Below, piece by piece: positions 14,140 to 26,772 of a DNA stretch of 64,000 bases; positions within the stretch are counted from its first letter, which is position 1, and each line of letters opens with the position of its first letter. This DNA comes from Eledone cirrhosa. Taxonomy: Eukaryota. The notes under the pieces are model-generated. The model did no database searches and was not told the origin of the DNA. It worked only from the letters and a program-made list of their open reading frames with translations. The stretch spans positions 324,260,001 to 324,324,000 of the forward strand of contig OZ024740.1 in NCBI GenBank assembly GCA_964016885.1, read 5' to 3'. Both the position numbers and the translations under genes were made by a program.

Positions 14140-14181
14140 AATATGGTTTTATAAATATAGTTTCCATTTGTTAATATATTG

Positions 14182-14219
<38 letters not shown>

Positions 14220-14386
14220 GAGAGAGGGGGGGGGGACGCATGTATGAAACGTGTGTTATATATATATATACATATATATTTCAAGCGTTAAACTAATATA
14301 TTTCTTCCAGGTACTTAGACGTTTGTTTTGTTAATTTTGTTATTTCTGTTTACCTTTTACACACACACACACACACACATACACAT

Positions 14387-14491
<105 letters not shown>

Positions 14492-15076
14492 AATATACAT
14501 ATATACATATATACATACACACATACACATGTTTATATATACATAAATATTTTACATCATGACAATACGAACGTCATTCTATTATGTTTTTTTATGTGAG
14601 AATAGCGTCTCGGTGTCTGTACGTTTGTGTATGTGTGAATCTGTGTGTGTGTCAGTGTAGGCGTATGTGTCAACAGATATGTTAAATTAACGGAAGCTTT
14701 CAGCTGGCTGTACAAGTTATGGGATTTGAAATCAAACTGTTAAATTAGCTGAAAACATCGAAATATTACTCCACCACCAACACCAGCTTCTGTTCTCTTT
14801 TTGTCCTTTTCCCATGTTCATAATAACCATCTTTTCACTTCTTATTAATTTGTGTTTGAGACACGTTGGCTGAGGCCTTTTGGCGGGAACGAAAAGATTT
14901 GTTTTCTATTCTTCCTCCACCACGTAAAGTTTGTAAATCGGTGGCTGGTCGAGGGACAGAATTGTATCGGATTCCAGTTGCTAATCACTTTACTGTGTCG
15001 GCCGTCACAAACAGTCATAGCCGGCATAGGCTGGGGTTTGGATTCTGTTGATCGATTGGTTATTGATTAGGCGATA

Positions 15077-15187
15077 CCCGCTGATGAAGCCACATACGCC
15101 GATTATGCATTGTTGCATAATATATGCAGACAGAGGGTGCAGTGCACCCTACCGCTGCATTAAGTGTGGCCGAAACTCGAGTCTGGG
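15077..15187 (+). ncRNA. Type I hammerhead motif with ~80-nt branched stem II
   Basis: CCCG-CTGATGA-AGCCACA...TGTGGCC-GAAA-CTCGAG-TC-TGGG; preceded by an IPVANHF-encoding stretch (~14970-14990) reminiscent of a PLE endonuclease C-terminus. Confidence 0.8.
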
Positions 15188-15380
15188 AACTAGTATAGGC
15201 ACCCGTTTACATGTGTTGTATTGAAGCAAATAACTATATGTATACTACATATAACTATATGTATCCTATATGTATCCTACATTGCCTATTGAGTACGCTG
15301 AGACACAACCGGTCCTGGCATTGATAAATATGCTGGGTGCGTCAGCTCCTTATTATATATAAATATATATATATATATAT

Positions 15381-15557
15381 GAAAAGATTCAGGACCCCGA
15401 CAACTGAGCTCCGGCTCAGTTCGGATCTAGCAGTCGAAACGGCTGGAGCTCAGCCGTCTGGCTCCTGAATCTTTTCATATTACCCACTCTACTACCCCAA
15501 GTATCGAGTACTCTAGTGCGTTATGGTCCACCTGGTATCTTACCACACCCTCTTTGT

Positions 15558-15559
<2 letters not shown>
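15381..15559 (+). mobile_element. Fold-back mini-element family C, diverged subfamily
   Basis: GAAA-CGGCTG..CAGCCG-TC and the same tail TACCCACTCTACTACCC..TTACCACA; TA-flanked. Confidence 0.75.
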
Positions 15560-15588
<29 letters not shown>

Positions 15589-15668
15589 GCACACACACGC
15601 ATATATACACTCACACACACATATAATACATATGTTTGTGTGTATATATATATTATATTATATTATAT

Positions 15669-15700
<32 letters not shown>

Positions 15701-15704
<4 letters not shown>

Positions 15705-15888
15705 AAGTATGACCCCGACGACAGAGCTCAAGCCGTTTCGACGGCTATTTCTGGACTGAAATAGCCGTCGAAACGGCTTGAGCTCTGCCGTCGGGGTCAT
15801 ACTTTCTCCTATTACCCACTCTACTACCCTAAGTATTGAGTACTCTGGTGCGTTATGGTCCATCTAGTTCCTTACCACAACTCCTCCG

Positions 15889-15890
<2 letters not shown>
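15701..15890 (+). mobile_element. Fold-back mini-element family C
   Basis: Reverse-orientation copy of 7001-7193. Confidence 0.8.
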
Positions 15891-15941
<51 letters not shown>

Positions 15942-15942
<1 letters not shown>

Positions 15943-17070
15943 TAGCAGCCTCCGGGCCCTCGCGCCGGCCTGTACAGTGGTCAAATCTACTCACAAGGCA
16001 CCTATTGTTATCTGTCGTAATGTCCATTTTCCTTACAATTAAAGATGTTAAAATGTATTTAAATATTGTATAACATAATCTTTCAAATTTATTTTAAATA
16101 TCTGAATACAGAAAGTAATAAAGAATAGAATAGAAAAATGTATTCTACGAACATCACAAAACATTTGCAGAACTTCAGTATATACAATGTTTTTAGCGTT
16201 GATAGATTTATAGGTTTGGCTACCTCCAGGGATCATTTGTGAGAAATTTTGTTGATGGCATTCACTGTGGTGTTTTGGAGATATCCACTCCTCATTGAAA
16301 TGGTGGATTTGGAAATTTGGGAACATTTAATTAATTAAGCTTACAACGTTTTCTACAACAGTAAAAAGTGAGGAAGGATCAAAATATCTTTCAGTATCAA
16401 GGGATTGCTTTTCTATAAATTTAAATGGCTGAGAGGGGCTTATCTGTGACTCCGTATATCCTACGCTTCCCGCCTCTGATTTTTTCACTGAAGAAATCTC
16501 AAAGGCTGAGAAAATCTGAGCAACCCCCACTCTCTACACATTCCATTTTCGGAAAAGAAGGTGACATATAATAAAGAAAATAATAGAAAAATGTATTCTA
16601 CGAAAATTATTTACATGACTTTAGTATATACAATGTTTCCAACTTTTTTCTTTGAAGCATATATGAAGAGCTTGTGGCGTCTTCCTAGTCTGGAATAACC
16701 TACATACAATTGGCTATGTGAGAAACAACCCTCTTTTAGATGGAGACTGAAAACCTGCAGGGTTTGACCTTGGGACTTGTTAAGTGTCTTTGTGTAACTG
16801 ACTCTCACTGAAAATTGCAATCGTTTGAAACGAAATGGGATATCTGTTAGTATTAGCGGCATTCTAGGTATAAATGCGATGTCTTTCTTACCACATCGAG
16901 TGCGGATTCGATAATCTTAGGCTGCAGTTCAGTTACAACCATACGCGTCCCATTGCACAAGTTTGGCAGGTTCAAGTTTTTGAGAAGCATAATAACTGTG
17001 CCCTTCTTCAACTTATGGCTGTGTGGCATCATACCGGATTGTTTTATCTCTGTTAGATAACAGGCATACA
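15942..17070 (-). mobile_element. Helitron remnant: Pif1-like helicase C-terminus and 3' end
   Basis: Frameshifted LKKGTVIMLLKNLN..LCNGTRMVV and FKRLQF.V......NKSQGQTL....CFSHSQLYV..SR...NIVY motifs; 3' terminal GC hairpin CCGGCGCGAGGGCCCGG then CTAG abutting (TA)n at 15942. Confidence 0.85.
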
Positions 17071-18025
17071 TCTTTAGCTGTATCGTGTTATATTAGTGCT
17101 GTTGTTAATTAAATCTAGCCAGTCAAGTCCGTACTATATACTCACGGGTCCCAAATAATAGAAGGGAGGGGGAAGTAAACCGGTATTTTTTTTTTAATTT
17201 GTCTCCGTTTATTTTCATAATATATGGGATTTCTAGTGATGTACTTTTTATGTCATGTATAAAGTTTTTTGAATGTATAAAGAAAATTAATTGTCGTAGG
17301 TATGCTACCATAAAATTTCACCGGAGATAGATAATCACTTTTTAATAAAAATAAATGGGGGGGGGGGGGGGGGGGGGGGCTGGAAAAAGTCTGAAAAATT
17401 AATAAGCTAGGTGTGGTGCGATTATTCGAGACTCGACGCAGCGCGCCATTTTTCATTCCTATATGCTTTCCCCTTCGCCGTGACCTGTCTTTTTCTCTTC
17501 CCTTGCTGCTATCATCTTTCTCTCTCCCCCTTCTCTCCTTCTCCCTCTTACTTTCATTCACCCCCCCTCTGCTAGTCACCCTCTCTCGGCTAGCCTCTTC
17601 CTCACACTTTCACTCACTCACTCACTGCTACTCACCCTCTATCTCACTTCCTCCATCGTCCCACACCGTACGTAATTCTTTCCTCGCTTACTTTCGCATG
17701 GATGGGATATGTCTCTCGTCTTCTCGTCAATATTCGCAAGTTCTTATGTTCAAATGAATCATTGACTTGATTTTCACATATTTTCCTCTCTCTACGTTGC
17801 CTCACCATTCGTGTTTGTTTACCTGTCTCTCTTTCTCCACCAAATTCTTTTTATCCCAATAACTTATTTTAGTTATTGTTCGCGCTAGCCTGAGGTCTTT
17901 AATGTGAATAAATACCTATGATGGCTAGTAGATCACTGATGATGGATAGTCCTGGCTTCTATTTCTAATTCTTCCTTTTAATTTGTATATCACATTTGCA
18001 ACAACACAGCACGCCATTTTTCATT

Positions 18026-18142
<117 letters not shown>

Positions 18143-18401
18143 GTGCGTGTGTGCGCGTGCGTATATACAAAATAATTCACAAAAACATACACACAAACGT
18201 GCACACACAAACAATATAAAAGACTCACAGGCAACCATGTGTACACACTCACACACACACTCAAACACACTAATGAGGATCAGATTAGTTGAAAACACGA
18301 AAAACCTTGATTATTATCAATTTTATTTCGTGTTATTACTGGTCAGCGTACAAAGAAACTTCCTTTTTATAAGGATATAGATATTACATAATACATACAT
18401 A

Positions 18402-18450
<49 letters not shown>

Positions 18451-18488
18451 TTGTGTTTGTGTGTGCGTATGTGTGTTTGTGTGTGTGC

Positions 18489-18572
<84 letters not shown>

Positions 18573-18574
18573 GC

Positions 18575-18878
18575 ATAGATCGGAGCTTAAGGGTTTGGCT
18601 GTTTAGTTCAAGAATGTAAGGCCGTGAGTTCGATTCCCAGAAGCACTTTGTGTCCTTGATCAAGACTCTTTACTTCACGTTGCCCCTGTCCACTCAGCTG
18701 GCAAAAATGTGTTATACCTGTAATTCAAACGGCTAGCCATGTCACACGATGTCTCACACTGAACCTCTCTGAGAACTACGTGAAGTGTACATGTGTCTGT
18801 GGAATGCTCAGGCACTTGCAAGTTAATTTTGTTAGCTGGATGTTCTGTTGCTCGAAACAACTAGAATACTCGTCAACA
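18575..18878 (+). mobile_element. tRNA-derived SINE, family-2 head with a different 3' domain
   Basis: GAGTTCGATTCCC B-box, GTGTCCTTGATCAAGAC, then GTGTCTGTGGAATGCTCAG.CACTTGCA.GTTAATTT; the latter also appears inverted at 21705-21785. Confidence 0.7.
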
Positions 18879-19024
18879 GAACCAGATGAGATTCACCACA
18901 TACACACACATACGCACACATCTGTACGTGTGTATGTATATGTTTGTATGTCGGATGTATATGTATATATCTGTGTGTGTATTTCAATGTGTTTACGTAT
19001 GTATGTAGGCACGTATGTTTGTAA

Positions 19025-19056
<32 letters not shown>

Positions 19057-19126
19057 TCACGTGTATGTGTGTGTAGATGTGTGTTTTTAATGTTTTTACA
19101 TACGTATTTAGGCACGTATGTTTCTG

Positions 19127-19155
<29 letters not shown>

Positions 19156-19157
<2 letters not shown>

Positions 19158-19603
19158 AGAAGTTATATTTAAGTTGTTGGGATACAACAAGCAAATATTT
19201 TTATAACTGATATAAAGCACTCAACAAATTATTGGAGTAAAAATACGATATATTAACAAATGGAAACTATATTTATAAAACCATATTTATTTCATTATAC
19301 ATATTTCAAGGACACCAAGTTAAAATATGGTGTGCTTTCATCAGATAAAATACAATATAGATCAGTTTTATAAATAAATATTGACATACCCTTAAAGAAT
19401 GCGACAATTTGTGTTGGAAGCTCCCGGAACTTCCAACAGAAATGGTCGCATTCTTTAAGGGTATGTCAATATTTATTTATAAAACTGATCTATATTATAT
19501 TTTATCTGATGAAAGCACACCATAATTTAACTTGGTGTCCTTGAAATATGTATAATGAAATAAATATGGTTTTATAAATATAGTTTCCATTTGTTAATAT
19601 ATC

Positions 19604-19607
<4 letters not shown>
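19156..19607. mobile_element. Fold-back HHR element family A
   Basis: ~175-bp inverted arms with HHRs at 19288-19352 (-) and 19498-19562 (+); left arm has an ~90-bp extra tail. Confidence 0.9.
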
Positions 19608-19657
<50 letters not shown>

Positions 19658-19659
19658 GT

Positions 19660-19972
19660 AGATCACGAAGTGTGTGTGCGTAAACGCACCTGTACCGTGT
19701 CGTATGATTTCTTTTACACCCATTATTTATATATATGACAAGTAAGTATGTTTTGAAACAGTGAGCAGGTTTGAAATTAGAAAATAGAATAGCTTTCACC
19801 GTATTTTTGACAAAAGAAATTTTAGCCTGATAATGGGGTGTAGAACCCTCAGGTAAATGGAAAAAGTTGAGTATTGACGTACGCCAATACTCATCTTTTT
19901 CCGTTTATCTGAGGGTTCTAAACCCCATTATCAGGCTAACATTTCTTTAGTCAAAAATACGGTGAAAGCTAT
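19660..19972. repeat. Asymmetric fold-back element in (TA)n, no complete HHR seen
   Basis: Arms 19788-19876 / 19884-19973 are near-perfect reverse complements. Confidence 0.85.
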
Positions 19973-19994
19973 TATATATATATATATATATATT

Positions 19995-20331
19995 ATTAGA
20001 AAGTGCGGTTTTTTTACAAAATGAAAAATAACCGAGGTGTCCTACACGAGTGAAAGTATAAAGAAAAAAAGATGAAATCGAAAATGCAACTGGAATCTTT
20101 TTTTTTTTTAAATATATATATTTATTTGGTTCCTTTACCGGTTTCGCAGTTCTTCTGCTTTTCAAAAGTAGAGTCTGTGGTTTTTCTCACATCTGTGAGA
20201 AAAACCACAGACCCTCCATCTCAACTCTACTTTTGAAAAGCAGAAGAACTGCGAAACCGGTAAAGGAACCAAATAAATATATATATATTTTAAAACAAGA
20301 CTCCAGTTGCATTTTCGATTTCATCTTTTTT

Positions 20332-20336
<5 letters not shown>
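19995..20336. mobile_element. Fold-back element with U3-A8 variant hammerhead
   Basis: Arms 20058-20174 / 20224-20338; CTT-TTGAAAA-GCAG..CTGC-GAAA-CCGG-TA-AAG at 20230-20265, mirrored at 20132-20167. Confidence 0.75.
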
Positions 20337-20399
<63 letters not shown>

Positions 20400-20889
20400 C
20401 TGTGTGTGTGTGTGTAGGTATTTTTAGATGTGTGTTTTTAATGTTTTTACATATGTTTACAAACAGTTATCTGATTATTCAATCAATCAACTGTAACAAA
20501 AACAAAGAAAGAAGGAAACAAACAATCAATAAGTTCAATGATATCAATAACAATAGACTTATCCGCCATATTGAAATTCACAAACACCCTTTTCATTTTC
20601 TTATATTTCATTTCTATATTTACTCAATAAAATACACGCCGCCATTTTTCACTACGCCATTTTTCTACTTGATTTCTCCAGCTTAATTTGACAGTCATTG
20701 ATGTTAGTATAATTATTAAGATGAAATAAAAGTTTCGGCTTGTCAAAATTGCATTACCTCTCACTTCTATATTTCTTTTGTTTTCTTATTGTTTAGATAT
20801 ATATTCCTAATCCACCACCATCTCCTCCCCTTCTCTCTCTCTTTTCGCCTCTCTCTGTCTCTCTCTCTCTCCCTCCTCTCTCTCTCTCC

Positions 20890-20961
<72 letters not shown>

Positions 20962-21096
20962 TCTCTCTCCCTCTCTCTCTCCCTCGCTGGTCTCTTTCTC
21001 GCCGTCTCACCCTCTCTCTCTCTCCATCTCTCTCCCTCCCTCGCTAGCTCTCTTTCTCTTCGTCTCTCACCCTCTCTCTCCCTCTCTCTCAATCTT

Positions 21097-21140
<44 letters not shown>

Positions 21141-22419
21141 ATTCTCTGACTCTTTCTTTCTCCCCTTTTCTCTCTCTCTCTTTCTTTCTGCCCCTTTCTC
21201 TCTCTCTTTCTTTCTCTCATATATATATATATATATCTTCTGCTCTGTCTCTCTCTCCCACCATCAATGATGTAAATGTCAATTTTTACCATCTGCCAAG
21301 ATTGTCACGTAACTATGTCGATATCTTTCATTTAAAGCGACATTGCTTATTAAAGACATGGAACTAAATCAAGCCACATTTAAAATACGCACACACATAC
21401 ACATACTCTTTCACACGCACTGACTCTCCCACACACTCATTTATACACACACTCACTCACACTCACAGACACTCACACACACACACACACACTCATTCAC
21501 TCACTCACTCACTCACTCACTGACAATCACACACCTACACACTCACACACCTATTCACTCACACACACACTCTCTCACACTCACTCACACACACACACTC
21601 TTACACACACACACATACACTCACTCACACACTCTTACACTCTTATACACACACACTCACACACACGTACCCATACTTTCTCTCGATGGATATCAGTCGA
21701 TTTCGACGATGAATGTTTCAGTTGTTCGATCAACGGAACCACCTGCTCGTGAAATTAACCTATTAGTGGCTGAGCATTCCACACACACACACACATGTTC
21801 TTCTCTCTCTCCCTCTCTACCGCTGTCTGTCTCCCTTTCTCTCCTGGTACTTTTTGATTCGCAATATTGTGCGTTACATCAACTGCAGATCAATATTTTC
21901 GTGTGTTTATTCATAAATATTTGCATGGGAATTAAGTATATATATATATATTTATATATATATATATGTATATATAGTTTCCGTGTAAGTGTATTGTTCG
22001 GCGCACGCGCGAGTGTGTATACGTATTGTTTGCGTGCCTGTATATTTTTCTTTGTGTGTGGGTGTGTGTTTGTGAATAGAATTGTGTGCATTCTTGCGTA
22101 AATGTGTCTAAATCTGTGTGTGTGAATCTATTCGTGCGTATGTTTATGTAAATATGTCTTGTTTTTCTGCTACGGAGGTATTCATATTTCTTTAATGTAG
22201 AGGTAAGGTTAAAAATATTTATATGAAAAAACGAATAAGATATATTATTTTTTACTAAGGATATTACTTTATTTTTATCATTTTTAGTAATAAAGAGAAG
22301 GGAAGCACCCGTGGTCCTCATTTTCAGGGCTTCCGGAATAAGTAGATGTAAAGGGAGAAAAGTATTTTTAAATAGGAAACCTGCTCCGAACACTCACAAC
22401 AGAGTAGACGTCGCTAAGA

Positions 22420-22718
22420 GAAAGGCAAAGTTTACCTCGGTGGGATTTGAACTCAGAACAGAAAGGGCCGTATCTCTATGCTATAAATCATGGTGTCTGA
22501 CGCTCTACCGATACTGCCAATTCACCTCTAACAATTGTTTCTACTTTTGGCACAAGGCCAGCAATTGCCCAGTGCATTACTGGTACTTTATTTTATCGAC
22601 CGCATAAGGATGAAAGGCAAAGTTAACCTCGACGGGATTTGAACTCACACCGAAAAGGGACGTAACTATGCTAGAAAGCATGGCATCCAACCCTCTACCG
22701 ATACTGCCAATTCACCCT
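22420..22718 (-). mobile_element. Two tandem SINE family 1 copies
   Basis: Reverse complement of the SINE consensus including A/B boxes. Confidence 0.85.
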
Positions 22719-22875
22719 CTAATAATGCCTGTCTGTCTCTCTGTCAGTCTGTACATCTGCCCGTTCGACATTCCATCTCTTCGTTCGTTCGTCTGTCTAT
22801 CGATCAGTCTATTTATTTATTTATGAATTAATTTATTAAAGATTTTGTCTATTTCGTACAAAACGTCGGTCACGC

Positions 22876-22971
<96 letters not shown>

Positions 22972-23009
22972 AATGGTGGTGGGGATGGCGCGATAGCACC
23001 GACTGCAAA

Positions 23010-23140
23010 AATTGTGTTTGTGTGAATAAACATGTATATGCTGGAAACTACCCATTGAGTGCTCACTCTGTAGGTTCACCAGAGTGAGCACTCGATGCCT
23101 AGTTTCCAGTATATATATGTATACTCACACAAACACAATT
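23010..23140. repeat. Hairpin next to (TA)n
   Basis: CTGGAAACTA..GAGTGCTCACTCTG / CAGAGTGAGCACTC..TAGTTTCCAG. Confidence 0.75.
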
Positions 23141-23172
23141 TATATATATATATATAATGTCATGTTGATCTT

Positions 23173-23233
<61 letters not shown>

Positions 23234-23236
<3 letters not shown>

Positions 23237-26200
23237 TTATATGAATCAAAGTTCTGTTCAAATCATTTATATGCTTACAATTGTTTCCTCCAAACCGAGG
23301 TTTGGATTCTTCGGAGCAATTTATTAATGAATGATCACATATATGACCTCCTTTTCAACCCAAGAGACATACAGAAACATATGCATATATTGTTGCTTTG
23401 GTGGGTCGACATCCATTATAACATTTAGCGTGGCAGTATACATTTAAAGATTACAGTCATATCAAAAGAGGATAAAATTAAAATTAAAGTTAAAATACAA
23501 CATGAAATTAATGCGATAGGATAGTCAGAAGCAGCCAGTGTGTGCAACAGGTACACGTGTGGCAAGCACGTGAGTCCTATTTATATAATATTATAGTGCG
23601 GCAGGGTGTTACATGTAATACAAGCACTTCAAGCGTGTAATCAAGTGTATTAAGGGGGTTGTACTGGTAATGTATCTTTTATATGAATGTTATAGAAGCT
23701 TGTGTGTAGAGAAATATTATAAATATTAAAAATATTAGAAATGTGTAGCAAAGCGATATGGTTTTCGTGTACAACACCATTTTCACAATCCGGAGAGCGT
23801 ATCTAGATTATATGCCCCTCACATAATCCACGACGATTCAATATTGGACGTTTGATGATTCTGTTAGAGTATCATATTTTGTTGGTCTTTAGTCCAATTT
23901 ATATAGCAGGTTGTTTTAGTTGCGAGAATTAACATCGTATTATTTTCCGGAAGTGTGTGTGTGACTAAGGGGAGTTAATGCGTGAGGGGAGGTAACTCGC
24001 TGATTTCTATAACTAAATATTATCCTAATGTACATTAAATGGTGTCTCAAAAGAGTCCCTATCTTATATGGTTATAAACAGTTTCTAAAAATTTAAAGTG
24101 TCCTATCTATAATTACAGTGTAGTCTATCAAGAAGTATTAAAGGTGTTCATATTAGGGTGAATATCCTCCATTATAGAGTGCCACAATTGAATATTTCAC
24201 ACGAAGAGCCAGATCTCTAAATCAATGATCATTGTAATTGTAGTCTACTCGTAGAGCCTGGCAAGGTTTTAATAGAATCACTTCTATATATAATAATTCC
24301 TGGTAAGCTCTGTGTCAGTGCATGTCAGATTAGATGTCAAAGTTAACTATCACTAGGGTAGACCAGAGGTCAATCCTCACTTACCATGTCACTAATTCGA
24401 CCATCAATTCATACATATATGTACAACTCATACGCCGCTTGCATATCATTCACTGCACTCAGCATAAAGGTTATATAGCTCATCAATGTTAATAAATTAA
24501 TTAGTCTTCCACTTATCCAACGATGGCACTCCATCCACAGAACACCAACAGTACAATCAATTCAATGTTTAAATTTTACATTAATTATATAGTGGTGTAA
24601 TGTAGTTCAAGCAATTGAAGGCAGTCACACCGAAAGTAGATGTACAAGGGGGTATTTCTACTGTAAAGGGTTCTAGAGGGATGTCACTGTTTGTATTATA
24701 TTGGATCAATGAGTGTGGGGATGTGGTATAAGGTGTGCCCTTGGGGTTTGATGCTATAGGTGGTGACGGGTTCAAGTCTGACATTGCTATATATTGGGTT
24801 TAAAGTTTTGGAAGGAATGTCGGAAGCGGTGCTGGCAAGACACGAACACATCAGATTTTTTGTTAAGTAGGTTATGGTTAGAGAAGATAATAGTATGGGT
24901 CTCTAGTAGACAGAGGTTACAAAATTTATTAGGTGGTTTGTACGAAGTCGCGCTACCTATCACTTCCCATTTAAGTGTGTAAGATTTATTTTTAGTTTTT
25001 AGATAGTGTATGTAGCTAGATAGTGAGGTGGAGTTGGCTAGACTGTGTTTTTTGAACGAATGGATGTGCGAATTATATCTGGTTTTGAAGCAGTTAGAAG
25101 TGGAGCCTACATAGGTTTCTGAAGAGTTGCTAGTTGTGACGGTGCATGAGTATATGATATCCTTGATTAATATTTTTTATCTAAAGGGCAGGTTCTATTT
25201 GCTCTACAGTTACAATTATTCTGGGTGTTAGTCTGCTGGTTAATATGTTGTGTAGAAGTCCGGGTGGTAGCTATAGGATTTTGGATATAGGGGTTGTCGT
25301 CCCCAGTGTTATTGCTTATACTAGTGCTATTACTACTATTACTACCGTTATTAGGGTTACTTGCTATAAAGTTATTTTGAAGGTTTACCCCCTGTGGCGC
25401 TTTAGTTTGTTGGAAGTAAGAATTAATTTTTCTTTTATTGCTACTAGCTATGTGGTATGCTATGTTAGGCGTCGTAGAGTAGGAGATTTTAATAGTGTTT
25501 TTGTTTAAAAGGTTATGGTACTTGTGTCCAGGAGGGAAGTTTTTATCTAGTAGTGAGAAGAAAGCCCTAGGTATGTTGGTAGAGACGTTTAGGTTGAAAG
25601 GAGGGTTGAAAAATGTATTATTTCTTCTTCTATTTTTGTTTGTTATGTCTGGTGTGTTGTTTCCTCTTAAGGTACTATGGTAGTTTCTGTGGTGTGGGTT
25701 ACTTTTGATGGCATCCTCCGTTTTAGTGTGTGTGTGGTTGCTATTCTTATTACTAAGTTTCCTCATGGACATATTGTGCGAGATAATGTTGTAGCTATGT
25801 GTTTTCGTAGGTAGGAACTCAATCTCTATATTATGGCCAGATCTAGCTAATGCTTGATTATAATATTGCGAGTTTTTGCTAAATATGTTTGCGTCATAGG
25901 ATAGATTAGAGATTCTATTGGATACCCCCTTAGGTGATATCCAATAGAATATGCATATGTTTCTGTATGTCTCTTGGGTTGAAAAGGAGGTCATATATGT
26001 GATCATTCATTAATAAATTGCTCCGAAGAATCCAAACCTCGGTTTGGAGGAAACAATTGTAAGCATATAAATGATTTGAACAGAACTTTGATTCATATAA
26101 CTTATATATAACTGTTCTGTAAAACAACTGATGTTATTACATTGAGCTATTTATCTTACTGGTAACAAGGTAGTAATATATTACTGCCTATCACTATTTA

Positions 26201-26272
26201 GGGTTTGAAAAAATATATATAACTACAAAAGGTTTTTGTATATGCATAACCATAAATAGTATCCTTAATACT
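23234..26272 (-). mobile_element. 5'-truncated Penelope-like retroelement with inverted pseudo-LTR, family B
   Basis: Inverted repeats 23234-23388 / 25947-26105, each with an HHR (23272-23318 -, 26019-26065 +); internal RT-end/GIY-YIG ORF; ~1.5-kb 3' UTR; (TA)n on both sides. Confidence 0.9.
24787..25940 (-). pseudogene. Penelope-like RT C-terminus, linker and GIY-YIG endonuclease (frameshifted near 25170)
   Basis: Y.QAL..SGH, FFNPPF..NV.TNI...F..LLDKNFP..H.YH.LLNKNTIKISYS, CNCR....CPLD, then after the shift DIIYSCTV...TYVGST...FKTRYNSH..SF...STSLS.YI..LK....LKWEVI...CNLCLLE...LLNK...CQHR; stop at 24787-24789. Confidence 0.9.
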
Positions 26273-26293
26273 ATATATATATATATATATATA

Positions 26294-26712
26294 TTAATAA
26301 AAGGAATTCCAACTTTGTCTGATTTACTCGTTTTATTTACAATCCTTTAAAATTTATAATGGTATTAGAATGAAATAGTATGGTAGAATATTAAATGTTA
26401 AGTGTTAATTGAACAAGTACTTTCATGCTTTCACAATCTTCAGGTTCAATTCTGTGGTGACAGTCAAGTTTGCAATTTTCAACAGTTGAAAATTGCAAAC
26501 TTGACTGTCACCACACAATATGAACCTGAAGATTGCGAAAGCATGAAAGTACTTGTTCAATTAACACTTAACATTTAATATTCTACCATACTATTTCATT
26601 CTAATACCATTATAAATTTGAAAGGATTGTAAATAAAACGAGTAAATCAGACAAAGTTGGAATTCCTTTTCTTAATATAATCTTCTATACACAATCATAC
26701 ACACCCGTGTAT
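26294..26712. mobile_element. Near-perfect 380-bp palindromic element with paired minimal hammerheads
   Basis: ~190-bp arms centred near 26484; TGAAC-CTGAAGA-TTGCGAAAGCAT-GAAA-GTAC-TT-GTTCA at 26521-26559, mirrored at 26410-26448. Confidence 0.9.
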
Positions 26713-26715
26713 ATT

Positions 26716-26753
<38 letters not shown>

Positions 26754-26772
26754 CACATACACATATATATAT

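Noticed and set aside
17930-17965. CTGATGA possible hammerhead core
   Set aside because: No stem II closure or downstream GAAA-stem III-UH found
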